A stretch of DNA of 62,809 bases, the filler included. It is 6 parts of 6 records of this genome, joined end to end, with 100 filler letters (N's around TTAATTAATTAA, not from the genome) between each part and the next. Parts side by side here need not be neighbours in the genome. Positions count along the whole stretch, not along the records: positions 28,471 to 33,191 come from SRR9188677_210; positions 33,292 to 40,069 come from SRR9188677_211; 4 more parts are not named here. One strand, given 5' to 3'. Both the position numbers and the translations under genes were made by a program. Below, one piece after another: positions 28,471-38,800 of the stretch. How positions within the stretch are numbered: position 1 is the stretch's first letter; each line of letters begins with the position of its first letter. Under the pieces are notes generated by a model. It had not been told where the DNA came from, did not search any database, and worked only from the letters and a program-made list of their open reading frames with translations.

Positions 28471-29329
28471 CTCCTCGGTGCTGGGCATGCTGATCCCGCC
28501 CAGCCTGTTGATGATCCTCTATGCGTTTCTGTCGGAGCAGTCGGTCGGCGAGATGTTTCTCGCCGGCGTCATGCCCGGCCTCGTCCTGGCAACAGCCTTT
28601 TCGCTCTCCATCGTCGCGATGGCCTGGTTCTTTCCGGGCTACGTCGGCGGCCAGGCTGTCGGGGCGGGGCCTGTCCTGACGGCCGGTGCGGCGATTGCCA
28701 AGGTGGCGCCGGTCGTCCTTTTGATCTTCGTGGTGCTGGGCGGCATCTATGGCGGGATATTCACCGCGACGGACGCCGGCGCCGTGGGTGCGCTGGGCGC
28801 ACTCTTGCTTGCGTTGGCCAAGCGGCGGCTGTCTCTTGCGATTTTCTGGAAGGTTCTCGTCGAGACGGGGCGCATCACCGTCTCGGTCCTGTTCCTGATC
28901 ATCGCCGCCAATCTCTACAGCCGCATGCTGACATTGTCTGGGCTGCCCCAGGGGATCGTCGAATGGATGGCCGGTATGGGATTGGGCACGGCCGGCTTTC
29001 TCGCGGTGTTCATCGCCATCGTGCTGTTTCTCGGCTGCCTCATCGATTCGGCATCGATCATGCTGATTGTGCTGCCGCTGATGCTGCCGGTGGCCAAGAC
29101 GCTGGGGATCGACCTGGTGTGGTTCGGCGTGATCACCGTTGTCGCCGTCGAGATCGGCTTGCTGACGCCGCCCTTCGGAATCTCGGTCTACGTCGTCAAG
29201 AGTACCCTCAACGACGCCCGGATCACGCTATGGGACATCTTCGCTGGAACCCAGCCCTTCACGCTGATCATGTTCGCGGTCCTGATGCTCATCATTGCAT
29301 TCCCGCAGATCCCACTTTTTTTCCAGTGA
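28471..29329 (+). CDS. TRAP transporter large permease DctM, 5'-truncated
   Basis: LGMLIPPS, GGIYGGIFTAT and EIGLLTPPFG motifs. Confidence 0.92.
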
Positions 29330-29464
29330 GTATTCGAAGCATCCCAACTCACCGCCAGTGAGCCTTGGGGCACAACGCCCCTGCCGCTTCCCGACCAACG
29401 TCAGGCGAACGGGCGTCGTCGAAGACGCTGGTGCGGCCTCCGGTTCGGCGCAATTCTCCGGGCC

Positions 29465-30301
29465 ATGACACAGACCCACAAGTTCCGCGGCCTCGCGCTC
29501 CACACCTGGACGGTGGATACCACGCCCCTCGAGGGCGCGCTCGCGGCCGCCCGATCCGGCGGCTTCGACGCCGTCGAGTTGCGCCGTGTCGATTTCCAGC
29601 GCTGTCACGAACGCGGCCTGTCGAACGAGGCGGTGCTCGACCTGGTGCGCGCCGGCGGCCTGGCCGTAAGCGCCGTTGGCGTTGAATACGGCTGGGCCTT
29701 TGCCGCGAAGGACGATCGCGCCCGCCTGTTCGCCTCGCTGCGGGAGGCCTGCGAGAACGCGGTCGCCCTGAAGTGCACGACGGTGATGAGCGGCATCGGC
29801 CCCGGCAGTGCCCCGCTCGACGAGGCGGCGGAGAATGTGAAGCGCGCCGGCGAGATCGTCGCCGGGTTTGGACTGAAACTCGCACTCGAGTACCAGTTCC
29901 AGCATCCGGTCGTGAGCAGCCTCGATATCCTGCGCGATCTCGTCGCCCGCGCCGGCAATCCCAGCGTCGGCCTGCTGCTCGACGCCTATCACTTGCAGCG
30001 CGGTGGCCGGCCGGGCCGCGGCTTCGAGGAAGTCCCCAGCGCGGAGATCTTCTACGTTCAGCTGAGCGACGTGCCCGACGTGCCGCCTGCGGCCGTGCCG
30101 CCCGTCGATCGCCTGCCGCCCGGCCTGGGCGTCGTGCGCTGGACCGAGCTGTTCCAGCTGCTCGCCGCCAAGAACTACACAGGCTACCTCAGCTACGAGG
30201 CGCCCAATCCCGCCCACTGGCAGCGTTCCGCCGCGGAGGTGGCGGTGGAAGGCGCCCGCGCAACGCGCCGTGCCCTCGCCCAGGCCTTTGGCCGCGACTA
30301 G
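29465..30301 (+). CDS. Sugar phosphate isomerase/epimerase (xylose-isomerase-like TIM barrel)
   Basis: GFDAVEL, LALE, LLDAYH, QLSD, DRLPPGLG and YTGYLSYE motifs. Confidence 0.85.
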   Translation: MTQTHKFRGLALHTWTVDTTPLEGALAAARSGGFDAVELRRVDFQRCHERGLSNEAVLDLVRAGGLAVSAVGVEYGWAFAAKDDRARLFASLREACENAVALKCTTVMSGIGPGSAPLDEAAENVKRAGEIVAGFGLKLALEYQFQHPVVSSLDILRDLVARAGNPSVGLLLDAYHLQRGGRPGRGFEEVPSAEIFYVQLSDVPDVPPAAVPPVDRLPPGLGVVRWTELFQLLAAKNYTGYLSYEAPNPAHWQRSAAEVAVEGARATRRALAQAFGRD

Positions 30302-30322
30302 CCTCCGAACGCATGGTCGCGT

Positions 30323-30336
30323 TTGACCTGCGTCAA
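30323..30336. promoter_or_regulatory. FNR/FixK-type box
   Basis: TTGAC-CTGC-GTCAA matches TTGA-N6-TCAA, about 50 nt upstream of the cytochrome c pair. Confidence 0.7.
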
Positions 30337-30384
30337 TGACGTGGACGCGTCCGTACCCTTCCATGGGCGTCCCATGAGTACCCC

Positions 30385-30708
30385 TTGAGAACGGCAATCC
30401 GTCTGGCGGCGCTCGGCCTCGCCGGCCTGTCGGCGACGGCCGCCCAAGCGCAGAACGCGGAGATTGCGCGCGGGCAGGCCTTCGCCCAGGCCAACTGCGC
30501 TCCCTGTCACGCCATCAGCCGCATGGGCGACAGCCCGCTCAGGACTGCGCCGCCCTTCAGCGTGCTGCATCTCCGCTATCCGGTGGAGAACCTGGCCGAG
30601 TCGCTCGCCGAGGGCATCGTGACCGCGCATCCCGGCATGCCGCAGTTCCGGCTGGAAGTGGGAGAGATCGGCGATCTCATCGCCTACCTGAAGACCCTCG
30701 AGGGATGA
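30385..30708 (+). CDS. Periplasmic monoheme cytochrome c
   Basis: Signal peptide (AAQA), CAPCH heme motif, HPGMP distal Met. Confidence 0.88.
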   Translation: MRTAIRLAALGLAGLSATAAQAQNAEIARGQAFAQANCAPCHAISRMGDSPLRTAPPFSVLHLRYPVENLAESLAEGIVTAHPGMPQFRLEVGEIGDLIAYLKTLEG

Positions 30709-30718
30709 CGGTGGACGC

Positions 30719-31018
30719 ATGCGACGCCTGATGGTCCTTGCCCTCGTGTTGCTGCCGCTGCCGGCGGCGGCCCAGGGTGCCAACGATGGGCGCCCGCTGG
30801 CCGAGCGCTGGTGCATGGCCTGCCACGTCATCGAGCGCGCGCCGCCCACGCTGCCACCCGATCGCGGGCCGAACTTCGCGGTGATCGCGGCCCGGCCGTC
30901 GACCACGCCCGAGTCGCTCCGCCGCTACCTGTCGACGGGGCACACCCACATGCCGGACTTCGCCCTCAGCCGCTTCGAGAGCGACGCCCTGATCGCCTAC
31001 ATCCTGAGCCTGCGCTAG
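30719..31018 (+). CDS. Periplasmic monoheme cytochrome c
   Basis: Signal peptide, CMACH heme motif, HTHMP distal Met. Confidence 0.88.
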   Translation: MRRLMVLALVLLPLPAAAQGANDGRPLAERWCMACHVIERAPPTLPPDRGPNFAVIAARPSTTPESLRRYLSTGHTHMPDFALSRFESDALIAYILSLR

Positions 31019-31032
31019 CGGAGGATCGCCCG

Positions 31033-31161
31033 ATGACATGGCACAGGAAGATCCTCGACTGGCAGGCCGCCCACCCGATCCTGACCTGGATCGCCTGGGG
31101 TATCGTCTGGGCCTTCGTCCTCCTGCTGCTGTTCAAGCCGACCATGACGTCGCCGTTCTAG
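31033..31161 (+). CDS. Small single-TM protein (42 aa)
   Basis: MTWHRKILDWQAAHPILTWIAWGIVWAFVLLLLFKPTMTSPF with GGAGGA RBS, 14 nt after the second cytochrome. Confidence 0.65.
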   Translation: MTWHRKILDWQAAHPILTWIAWGIVWAFVLLLLFKPTMTSPF

Positions 31162-31317
31162 GAGCTGGCTCCCTCGGCGCCAGTCGGCAGGCCCAGGCAC
31201 GCTATAGCGAGACAGCTGCGGGCACCGTCGATCCGACGTTGGGAATCGTGAAGTCGCCGATCTCGTGCCAAGCCTTGCCGCGGCCGCCGGCAACGCCGAG
31301 GACCGGACCCTGCGGCT

Positions 31318-32142
31318 CTAGGCGCGTTGCGGCAGCTTTCCGTTCGAGGCGCGGATCTCGGCCACGGCCCGGTCCCAGCCGGCAACGCGCTCGGGGCCGG
31401 CCGGGTGCGTGTCCAACATGCCGGTTTCCTTGCGGCCCGAGGCCCTGGCCATCGTCACCAGGAAGCCGCGCGCCTTGTCGAGATCGACGTCGGAGCGATA
31501 GAGAATGACGGCGGCCAGATAGTCCGCCTCGCGCTCCTGCTCCTTGGAGAAGGAAATCCGGCCGATCGCGCCGCCGACGTCGGCGCCGGATTGCATGGCT
31601 GTGCGCGTCAGGTCCGGGCTGTTGTATCTGCCGTAGTAGGAGGCGGCGGCCCCGGCGGCGCCCAGGAGGATCGCGCCGATCAGGGCACCGGTCGCCTGGT
31701 TGCGTTGGCCGGTCGCCACGTGGTTCGCCGCCTGATGGCCGATCTCGTGCGCGATGACCAGGCAGACTTCCTCTTCATTGGCCGCGTACTCGACGATGCC
31801 GCGGTTGACCACGATCAGGCCATTCGGCCCGGCGCCGGCATTCATTGACCGATCCTTAAGGGCGCGGAAGTTCCACTCGCAGACGCCCACGTTCATCTCA
31901 CGGCAGACCTGGTGGGCCGGGGGCCGGATGCGGCCGAGCGCGGACTTGAGCGTCGCCGTCACTTCTTCGTCGCTGACCGCCCGGCGCAGCGGCGGCCCGC
32001 CGGCGCCCTGCACCTCCGTCTGCGCCATGCTGAGATTGCCGTCGTTGAGCTGGGGCAGGCGATGCACCGCGCCGGAACAGCCGCAAAGCGCGCACGCTCC
32101 GGTGAACGCCCCCGTGAGCGCCATGAACGATCGCCGCTGCAT
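31318..32142 (-). CDS. M48 family zinc metallopeptidase, probable Tat lipoprotein
   Basis: AHEIGH, EQEREAD and THP motifs; MQRRSF twin-arginine signal and LCGC lipobox. Confidence 0.88.
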   Translation of the reverse strand: MQRRSFMALTGAFTGACALCGCSGAVHRLPQLNDGNLSMAQTEVQGAGGPPLRRAVSDEEVTATLKSALGRIRPPAHQVCREMNVGVCEWNFRALKDRSMNAGAGPNGLIVVNRGIVEYAANEEEVCLVIAHEIGHQAANHVATGQRNQATGALIGAILLGAAGAAASYYGRYNSPDLTRTAMQSGADVGGAIGRISFSKEQEREADYLAAVILYRSDVDLDKARGFLVTMARASGRKETGMLDTHPAGPERVAGWDRAVAEIRASNGKLPQRA

Positions 32143-32214
32143 GCAGGTCTCCCCCAACCAAGTCTATTTGGTTGTACCCCCGGCAACGACGCTACCCGTT
32201 GCCAAGACGGAGAG

Positions 32215-32487
32215 TCAACGCGGTCCGGCTTGCTTGGGCTCGATCAGCTTCACGCCCTCGACGGTGAGCGTGACCGTCGAGGCCGGATCGCCGTCGGACC
32301 GCAGCCAGCCCTTGGCGACGGCGAGGCGAATGGCGGCCTCGACCGCGTCGGCACTGCCGATGCCCAGCTTGCGCTGGACCTTTTCGATGTGCGTCCAGGT
32401 CGGCGGCGGCCGGCGGCCTGTGAGGTCGCGGACGGCGTTCAGGAGATCGGAAATGAACTGGGCGGCGTTCGGCAGCTTGGCGACCAT
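32215..32487 (-). CDS. Hypothetical protein, possibly winged-helix
   Basis: 90 aa from MVAKLP. The ending AIRLAVAKGWL..VTLTVEG resembles a wHTH wing. Confidence 0.5.
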   Translation of the reverse strand: MVAKLPNAAQFISDLLNAVRDLTGRRPPPTWTHIEKVQRKLGIGSADAVEAAIRLAVAKGWLRSDGDPASTVTLTVEGVKLIEPKQAGPR

Positions 32488-32551
32488 GGGCGAGCATAGC
32501 CCGCCGCGGGGGGCCGCGATACGTGATCGACACGCCACCGGCTTTCGCAGC

Positions 32552-33004
32552 CTACCGGCTGCTGGCCGGCCAGACGCGCTGGATCATGGCGAACAGGAAG
32601 GCGGTGGTGAGGCCGAACAGCAGCATGCCGTTCAGCGCCTCCAGCGCGCCCATCATCTGCCACCTGGGATCGAGGAACACGTTGGCGTGGCCGTAGGTGG
32701 TTAGCGCGCTCAGCGAATAGAGCATCGCCGACTTGCTGTCGGCGATGGCGCCCAGGAAGCGGTAGGCGGCGGCCCAGATGCCGGCTTCGAGCAGGTGCAG
32801 GCCGGTCACCAGGACAACGGCCACGCCGATGACCAGCGCGAAGGTGAGCGCGAAGTGGCGATGGTCGGTGTAGCGGGCGAGCAGGCGCTCGGTCCGGGCG
32901 GTGAACAGGGCGAGGCCAAAGACGTGGATGACGACGGTGAGCGCGATCAGCGGCACGCCCCACGCCCAATCGGGCCCCCACAGCATGTACTCGAAGGGGT
33001 TCAC
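32552..33004 (-). CDS. Ion_trans_2-like small channel-family membrane protein
   Basis: HLLEAGIWA, YSLSALTTYGH pore loop and LEALNGMLLFGLTTA; 3 TM. Confidence 0.75.
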   Translation of the reverse strand: MNPFEYMLWGPDWAWGVPLIALTVVIHVFGLALFTARTERLLARYTDHRHFALTFALVIGVAVVLVTGLHLLEAGIWAAAYRFLGAIADSKSAMLYSLSALTTYGHANVFLDPRWQMMGALEALNGMLLFGLTTAFLFAMIQRVWPASSR

Positions 33005-33020
33005 GGCCCTCTTCCTGGCC

Positions 33021-33191
<171 letters not shown>

Positions 33192-33291
33192 NNNNNNNNN
33201 NNNNNNNNNNNNNNNNNNNNNNNNNNNNNNNNNNNTTAATTAATTAANNNNNNNNNNNNNNNNNNNNNNNNNNNNNNNNNNNNNNNNNNNN
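33192..33291. other. Artificial contig spacer
   Basis: N run with TTAATTAATTAA. Confidence 0.99.
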
Positions 33292-33320
33292 CGCGGGTTC
33301 GAGCCCCGTCACTCGCGCCA
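33292..33320 (+). tRNA. 3' end of a tRNA, most likely tRNA-Asp (or an att-site copy of it)
   Basis: CGCGGGTTCGAGCCCCGTCACTCGCGCCA gives the T-arm, acceptor strand, G discriminator and CCA as in alphaproteobacterial tRNA-Asp. The anticodon is not in the contig. Confidence 0.8.
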
Positions 33321-33497
33321 GTTTTTCAAAGGCTTAGCCTTTGCCGACTGATCCTCCAGGTTAAGTTTTCCACGAGCCCCGGATGGTGTTGGGAAACACA
33401 GATTTCTCAAAATCTCCAAACATGTTCGTGCTGCCATTGTTCGCAGCATGCAGGCGCGAATCGCGCTGCCGGAAAAGTCCGCCGTTGATGATTCGTG

Positions 33498-33538
33498 CTG
33501 GCAGGCGAAGCATCCTGCGGGGCGTCTGCCAGTTTTTT
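33498..33538 (+). terminator. Intrinsic terminator
   Basis: CTGGCAGGCG..CGTCTGCCAG stem followed by TTTTTT. Confidence 0.6.
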
Positions 33539-33677
33539 ATTCGCACGCTGTTTGGCAAAATGATCCCGGCATCACGCAGATTCGCAGAGCGTCCTGCGTT
33601 CCAGAACATGCGATGTGCGCGACAGATGTCTGAACCTGTGGATGACAGTTCCCGGACGTCGCCTCTGGCCGCGTGGC

Positions 33678-34946
33678 TCAGAGGTACTGGCCGAGCTTCT
33701 TGCCGGTCTTGATGAAGCGAAGCGGGTCGACCGCCTCGCCGTCGCGCCGCACCTCGTAGTGCAGGTGCGGGCCGGTCGAGCGTCCACTGCTGCCAACTTC
33801 GCCGATTTCGTCGCCAACCGCGATCTTCTGATCGGGGGCGACAAGGATCTTGCTGAGATGGGCGTAGCGCGTGGTGAAGCCGCCGCCATGGTCGATCTCG
33901 ACCATGCGGCCATAGCCGCCGTTCCAGCCCGCCTTAATGACCGTACCGGCAGCCGTGGCGCGCGCGGGCGAGCCGTAGGGGGCGCGGAAATCCATGCCCG
34001 AATGCAACGCGGGCGTGCCGATCAGCGGATCGGTGCGGACCCCGAACGTGCTCGAGATCGAACGGCCGGCGGCGGGATTGGCGAGCGGCAGCTTGCGCGC
34101 CTCCTTCTTCAGCCGGTCGAGCGTGTCGAGCGCCTCGTCGAGCTCCTTGACCTTACTGTCGAAGGCCATCGGGTTGTCGAGCGGCACCAGCGGGCCGCCA
34201 ACGCCCGACTTGCCGAAATCCGCGGAGACGGGAAGGCCGGCATTCTCAAGCGCGTCGGTGATGGCGCCGGCGGTCTGATAGGCATTGTCGGCCAGCGCAT
34301 CGATTCGCTCGACCTGGTCGTCCTCGATGCTGCGCAGCGACTTGTTGATGGCGACGAACAACTTGTCGGCGCGGTCGGCCCGGCTTTCGCCGTCGGGCTC
34401 GGCCGACCTTGTCGACCAGAACGAGAATGGGCGCACGGCCGCGGCGTCAGCCGCCGCATAGGCGAGGGGCTGCGCTGTTGGAACGGAGATGTCGGCGCGC
34501 TCGTCGGCTGCCTTACCCTCAGAAGCGGGTTCCGCCACTTCGGACGCTTGCGCCTTGTCGAGGATCGGGCCGAGCCTGCCATTGCGCTGGCTGAGCTGTG
34601 ATTGCCGCTCCAGCAATTCGCTGACCTTGGTTTCCATCAATTGCTGGTCGAGCAATTGCCGGCTGGTAATGCGGTCGACCTGGGCACGCAGTGCCGAGAT
34701 GCGGTCTTCATAGGCGTGCTGCATACGTGCCTGGCGCGCGGTCGCAGCGCCGATCAGGTCGTCACGCAACACGAGATAGGATGTGGCCAGGAGATAACCT
34801 ATGGCGACGGCAGCGAGCGCCGAGCCGGCGGCAGCGGCGACCCAGGGGCGCACGGTGAAGTGACGGATCTCGTTGCCGCGTGCGATGATGACGGTATGGG
34901 GCTCTTTTCGCCTGCCGAACACGGCGGCCTGACTTGCTGCTTTCAC
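33678..34946 (-). CDS. M23/LytM family peptidase with N-terminal TM and coiled coil
   Basis: HSGMD, YAHL and STGPHLHYE motifs. Start is GTG 34946 (GAGAG RBS) or ATG 34961. Confidence 0.92.
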   Translation of the reverse strand: MKAASQAAVFGRRKEPHTVIIARGNEIRHFTVRPWVAAAAGSALAAVAIGYLLATSYLVLRDDLIGAATARQARMQHAYEDRISALRAQVDRITSRQLLDQQLMETKVSELLERQSQLSQRNGRLGPILDKAQASEVAEPASEGKAADERADISVPTAQPLAYAAADAAAVRPFSFWSTRSAEPDGESRADRADKLFVAINKSLRSIEDDQVERIDALADNAYQTAGAITDALENAGLPVSADFGKSGVGGPLVPLDNPMAFDSKVKELDEALDTLDRLKKEARKLPLANPAAGRSISSTFGVRTDPLIGTPALHSGMDFRAPYGSPARATAAGTVIKAGWNGGYGRMVEIDHGGGFTTRYAHLSKILVAPDQKIAVGDEIGEVGSSGRSTGPHLHYEVRRDGEAVDPLRFIKTGKKLGQYL

Positions 34947-35056
34947 CGGACCCACTCTCATCACGAGACAGCGACGGTCCGATTACACATTATTAGGGTT
35001 AACAAAGCTTTGCCCGGATTGGAACCGTTAGCTGGTTCTGGGGTGCTCAGGGCATG

Positions 35057-35086
35057 AAAAAACCCGCCACAGTAACATATGGCGGG
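35057..35086 (-). terminator. Intrinsic terminator downstream of the small ORF
   Basis: Minus strand CCCGCCA-10 nt-TGGCGGG-TTTTTT. Confidence 0.7.
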
Positions 35087-35189
35087 CTCTTGGCTGTCTA
35101 AGTCATGCTACGAAAGTCTAGCGGAATCTTGGATAACGCGAGAATATACGCGGCCTAGTTTTCTTCAGCTATTGTCGAATGATCACGAA

Positions 35190-35267
35190 TTAACGTAGGA
35201 AAAGCCATAGCAAGATGATGATAGGGATGGGAATGCCAAGCATCCAGAGGATGACGCTGCGGAACAT
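35190..35267 (-). CDS. 25-aa hydrophobic membrane peptide (not in the ORF track)
   Basis: MFRSVILWMLGIPIPIIILLWLFLR*, with GGGAGAG RBS just upstream and a downstream terminator. Confidence 0.7.
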   Translation of the reverse strand: MFRSVILWMLGIPIPIIILLWLFLR

Positions 35268-35342
35268 CTTTACTCTCCCGTTGATGGTCGTTGGGTGAGA
35301 AACGTCGAGAGAGGGCATCGGTTCCGCAGCGAGCGATTTTCG

Positions 35343-35810
35343 CTAGAGGACTTTCACCGCCTCCAGCACTTCGGCGGCGTGGCCCGGTACCTTCACCTTG
35401 CGCCAGATCCTGGCGATCTTGCCGTCAGCGTCGATCAGGAATGTCGAACGCTCGACGCCCATATACTTGCGGCCATACATCGATTTTTCGGTCCACACGC
35501 CATAGGCCTCAAGCGCCTTTCGCTCTTCGTCGGCGACGAGGTCGATGCCAATTTGGTGCTTGGCCTTGAATTTGTCGTGTTTCTTGGCGCTGTCGGGCGA
35601 AACGCCGATGACCACCGCTCCAGCCTTTTCGAATTGAGGTTTGAGCTGGGTGAAGTCGATCGCCTGGGCGGTGCAGCCGGATGTATCGTCCTTGGGATAG
35701 AAATAGAGGACAACAGGTTTGCCGCCGAAGTCGGAAAGCGTCAGAATACCCCCGCCGTCGCGCGGCAAAGTGAATTGCGGGGCGGTTTGGCCTGTCTCGA
35801 GTTCAGACAT
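35343..35810 (-). CDS. bcp: Peroxiredoxin BCP/PrxQ
   Basis: YFYPKDDTSGCT and GVERSTFLID motifs; only one Cys. Confidence 0.93.
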   Translation of the reverse strand: MSELETGQTAPQFTLPRDGGGILTLSDFGGKPVVLYFYPKDDTSGCTAQAIDFTQLKPQFEKAGAVVIGVSPDSAKKHDKFKAKHQIGIDLVADEERKALEAYGVWTEKSMYGRKYMGVERSTFLIDADGKIARIWRKVKVPGHAAEVLEAVKVL

Positions 35811-35865
35811 ATCGATACCCTTGTTTGAAGTTACGGGGTGAGCCGGCAAGGATGTCAGGTTAATA

Positions 35866-38800
35866 ATGCCGGACTTGGATTCGTCCACGACCGAAACGAC
35901 TACGGGACATAGCGTGGATCAGGAAGTGCCCCGGCACGAGAAAATCCGGTTCAGGCGCGATGAGATTACCGATCTCGGCGCCATGCCGTCGGCTGCGGGC
36001 CAGGAACTGCCGCGTCCACGTACCTCCGTGAGGCGGCGTGCCGGCCATTGCTTGCTTGCCGCGGTGGCCGTGCTCGGCTCGCTGGTGCTTCTGGCGATCA
36101 TCGCCATCGAAGCGCTCAGCTATTCCGGTTTTGGCCAGGACAGGCTGCGCGCCGAGGCCGAGCATGCCATCGAGGGCCTCGCCGGCGTCGATGTCGACGT
36201 CTCGATGGGGCAGGCGCGGCTGACGCTCGATGGCCTCAGGCTGATTGCGGTCGAGGTTCCCGACGTCAAGCTCACACGCACTGACGGCTCGCCCATGGCA
36301 GAAGCCGGCCTGATGCGCTTCGGCATCAGACTTTTGCCATTGCTTGCCGGCAATGTCCGGCTCGGCAATGCCAGCATTTCCGACGCCCGGATCGTCGTCG
36401 ATGCGATGCCGGCCGGCGGCGGTTCGGACTGGAGTGCGGCCCTGCGCAATCAGGACGGTCTCGTCGACCCGCAGAAACTGCTGGACGAGACGTTCCGGGG
36501 TGTTCGCCGCGGCTTTGACGCTGTCCAGTTCGATGCCATGCGCGAAATCGCGCTCGGCAACGTCGATTTCGTCCTGCCATCGGGCGGAGAGGTCAAGATC
36601 GTGCGCGTCATCGATGCCTCGCTCGCCAAGACACGATCGGGCGAGTTGCGTGTCACAGCCAATTTCGACGTCGATGGCCGCGATGTCGAACTGGCCGCCG
36701 CAGCCCGGCGCGATGATGGCACCAACCGGGTCGCAACATTGGATGCGACAGTCTCGATGAGCGATCCGTTCGCCGGAAAGACCGACATCCCGGCAGCCAA
36801 GGCAAGTCGCATCGGCTCGGCCGAACTGACCATCACGGGCCAAGAGGGCGTCAACGGCGACGGCTCCGAACTGATCGCCAGGGGATCGATCGGCAAGTCG
36901 ACGCTGGATCTTAAGGAGCGCGGTCAGCTTGTCGGCGACGTCACCGTCGACCTGCGCCTCGCCAGTGGCGAGAACAAGCTCGACATTCGCAAGTTGCTCG
37001 TTGCGACCGGCCGTTCGACGTTCGATTTCGCTGGTGCTTTGGGGCCGCGCCCGGCGACCGGCAACGCAGGCGACAATCCGGCCTACCGCTTCGAGCTGAT
37101 CAGCCGCGAATCGCGCCTGGCACCCGATGAATCGCCGGAGCCTGCACTCAATTTCCTGGCCCGTGTCGCGGGCACATATGATGTGGTCTCGAACACGCTT
37201 TTGGCCGAACAGATCGGCCTGAAGTCCGGTCCGGGCGGCGAAGCGCTTGGAAAGGCGTCGGTCCAGTTCGTCGAAGGCAAGGCTCCAGGCATTTTCGTCG
37301 CCTTCAACGTCCACGACATGTCGGTCGCGCATGTCAAGCAGCTGTGGCCGTGGTTTTCGGCGCGAAACGCCCGGCTTTGGGTGCTGCATAATCTCTATGG
37401 CGGCAGGGTCGTCGACGGCAACGTCCAGTTCGATGTCAGGCCCGACCGTCTCGGCAACGGCGTGCCGCTCAATGCGCAGGAAGTGTTCGGCCGTTTCGAG
37501 ATCGATGGCTCGCGCTTCGATACGGCGGGCCGCATTCCGCCGATCCGCGATGCCAGGGGCATTGTCGAGTTCCATGGCAACGACGTCGACGTGTCGCTGT
37601 CCCAGGGCACAGTCTTCATGCCGAGTGGCCGCACGGTTGCCGCGAGCAACGGCAAGCTGAAGGTCGTCAAGGCCAATGTCATGCCGGTCCTCGGTTCGCT
37701 CGACATCGATGTCGAGGGCAGTGCCGATGCGATCGCCGAACTGGCTTCCTACGAGCCGATCAATGCCATGCGCCATGTCGGAATCCTGCCCGAGGAACTG
37801 ACGGGTGACGTGATCGGCAACGTCAAGGCCGACATCCCGCTGACCAGCGGCATCGACACCAGCAAGCTCGATTGGAAGGTGGCGCTCGACTATGACGGCC
37901 TGGCGGTGGCCAAGGAGTTCGACGGCCAAAAGCTCTCCGAGGCCGACGGCAACATCACCGTAACGCCCGACAAGGCCGTCATCGTTGCCAAGGGAAAGCT
38001 TAACGGTGTTCCGGCGGAACTCGACCTCGTCGAGCCGCTGCGGGACAACGGCATCGACAAGGAGCGCAATGTCCAGTTCGTGCTCGACGACAAGGCGCGC
38101 AACGCCCTCGTTCCCGGCCTGTCCGACATGCTCTCCGGCACGATCAAGGTCGATGTCGAGCAGCCCGAGCCGGGCAAGCGCAACATCACCGCCGACCTGA
38201 CCGCGGCCAAACTCGATCTTCCCTGGGTAGGCTGGAGCAAGGGGCCGGGCATCGCTGCCGAGGTGTCATTCACCATGACGTCAGATGGCGAGCGGTCGAC
38301 GCTGTCCGATTTCAGTCTCGACGGAAAGACATTCACCATCAAGGGCGACGTCACGCTTGCCAATGGCAGCCTGTCATCTGCCCGCTTCAACCAGGTTCAG
38401 CTCAACCGCGGCGACGATGTCGCGGTCAACATCAAGCGTTCCGGCAAGGGATTTGCGGTCCAGGTCAAGGGCAATTCGCTCGATGCGCGCGCGCTGATCA
38501 AGCAGTTCATGTCCGACGTCGACAGCGCGACCAAGTCAACGGGATCGAATTCCATATCGGTCACCGCCAATGTCGACACACTGGTGGGCTTCAGCGGCGA
38601 AAAGCTGTCGAATGTCAGCCTGGAATATTCGGGTTCCGGTTCGAAGGTCGGCGGGCTTCAGGTCAATGCCGCGGCCAGCTCCGGCGGGCTGATTACCGTC
38701 AGCAATGTGCTGCAAGGCGGCGGGCGCCGCCTTGACGTCAGGTCGGCCGATGCCGGTGCGATCCTGCGCTTCCTCGACGTTTATGCCCGCATGCAGGGCG

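Noticed and set aside
34981-35003. Possible CtrA box upstream of the M23 peptidase
   Set aside because: Only a TTAAC half-site. The TTAA-N7-TTAA spacing is not met.
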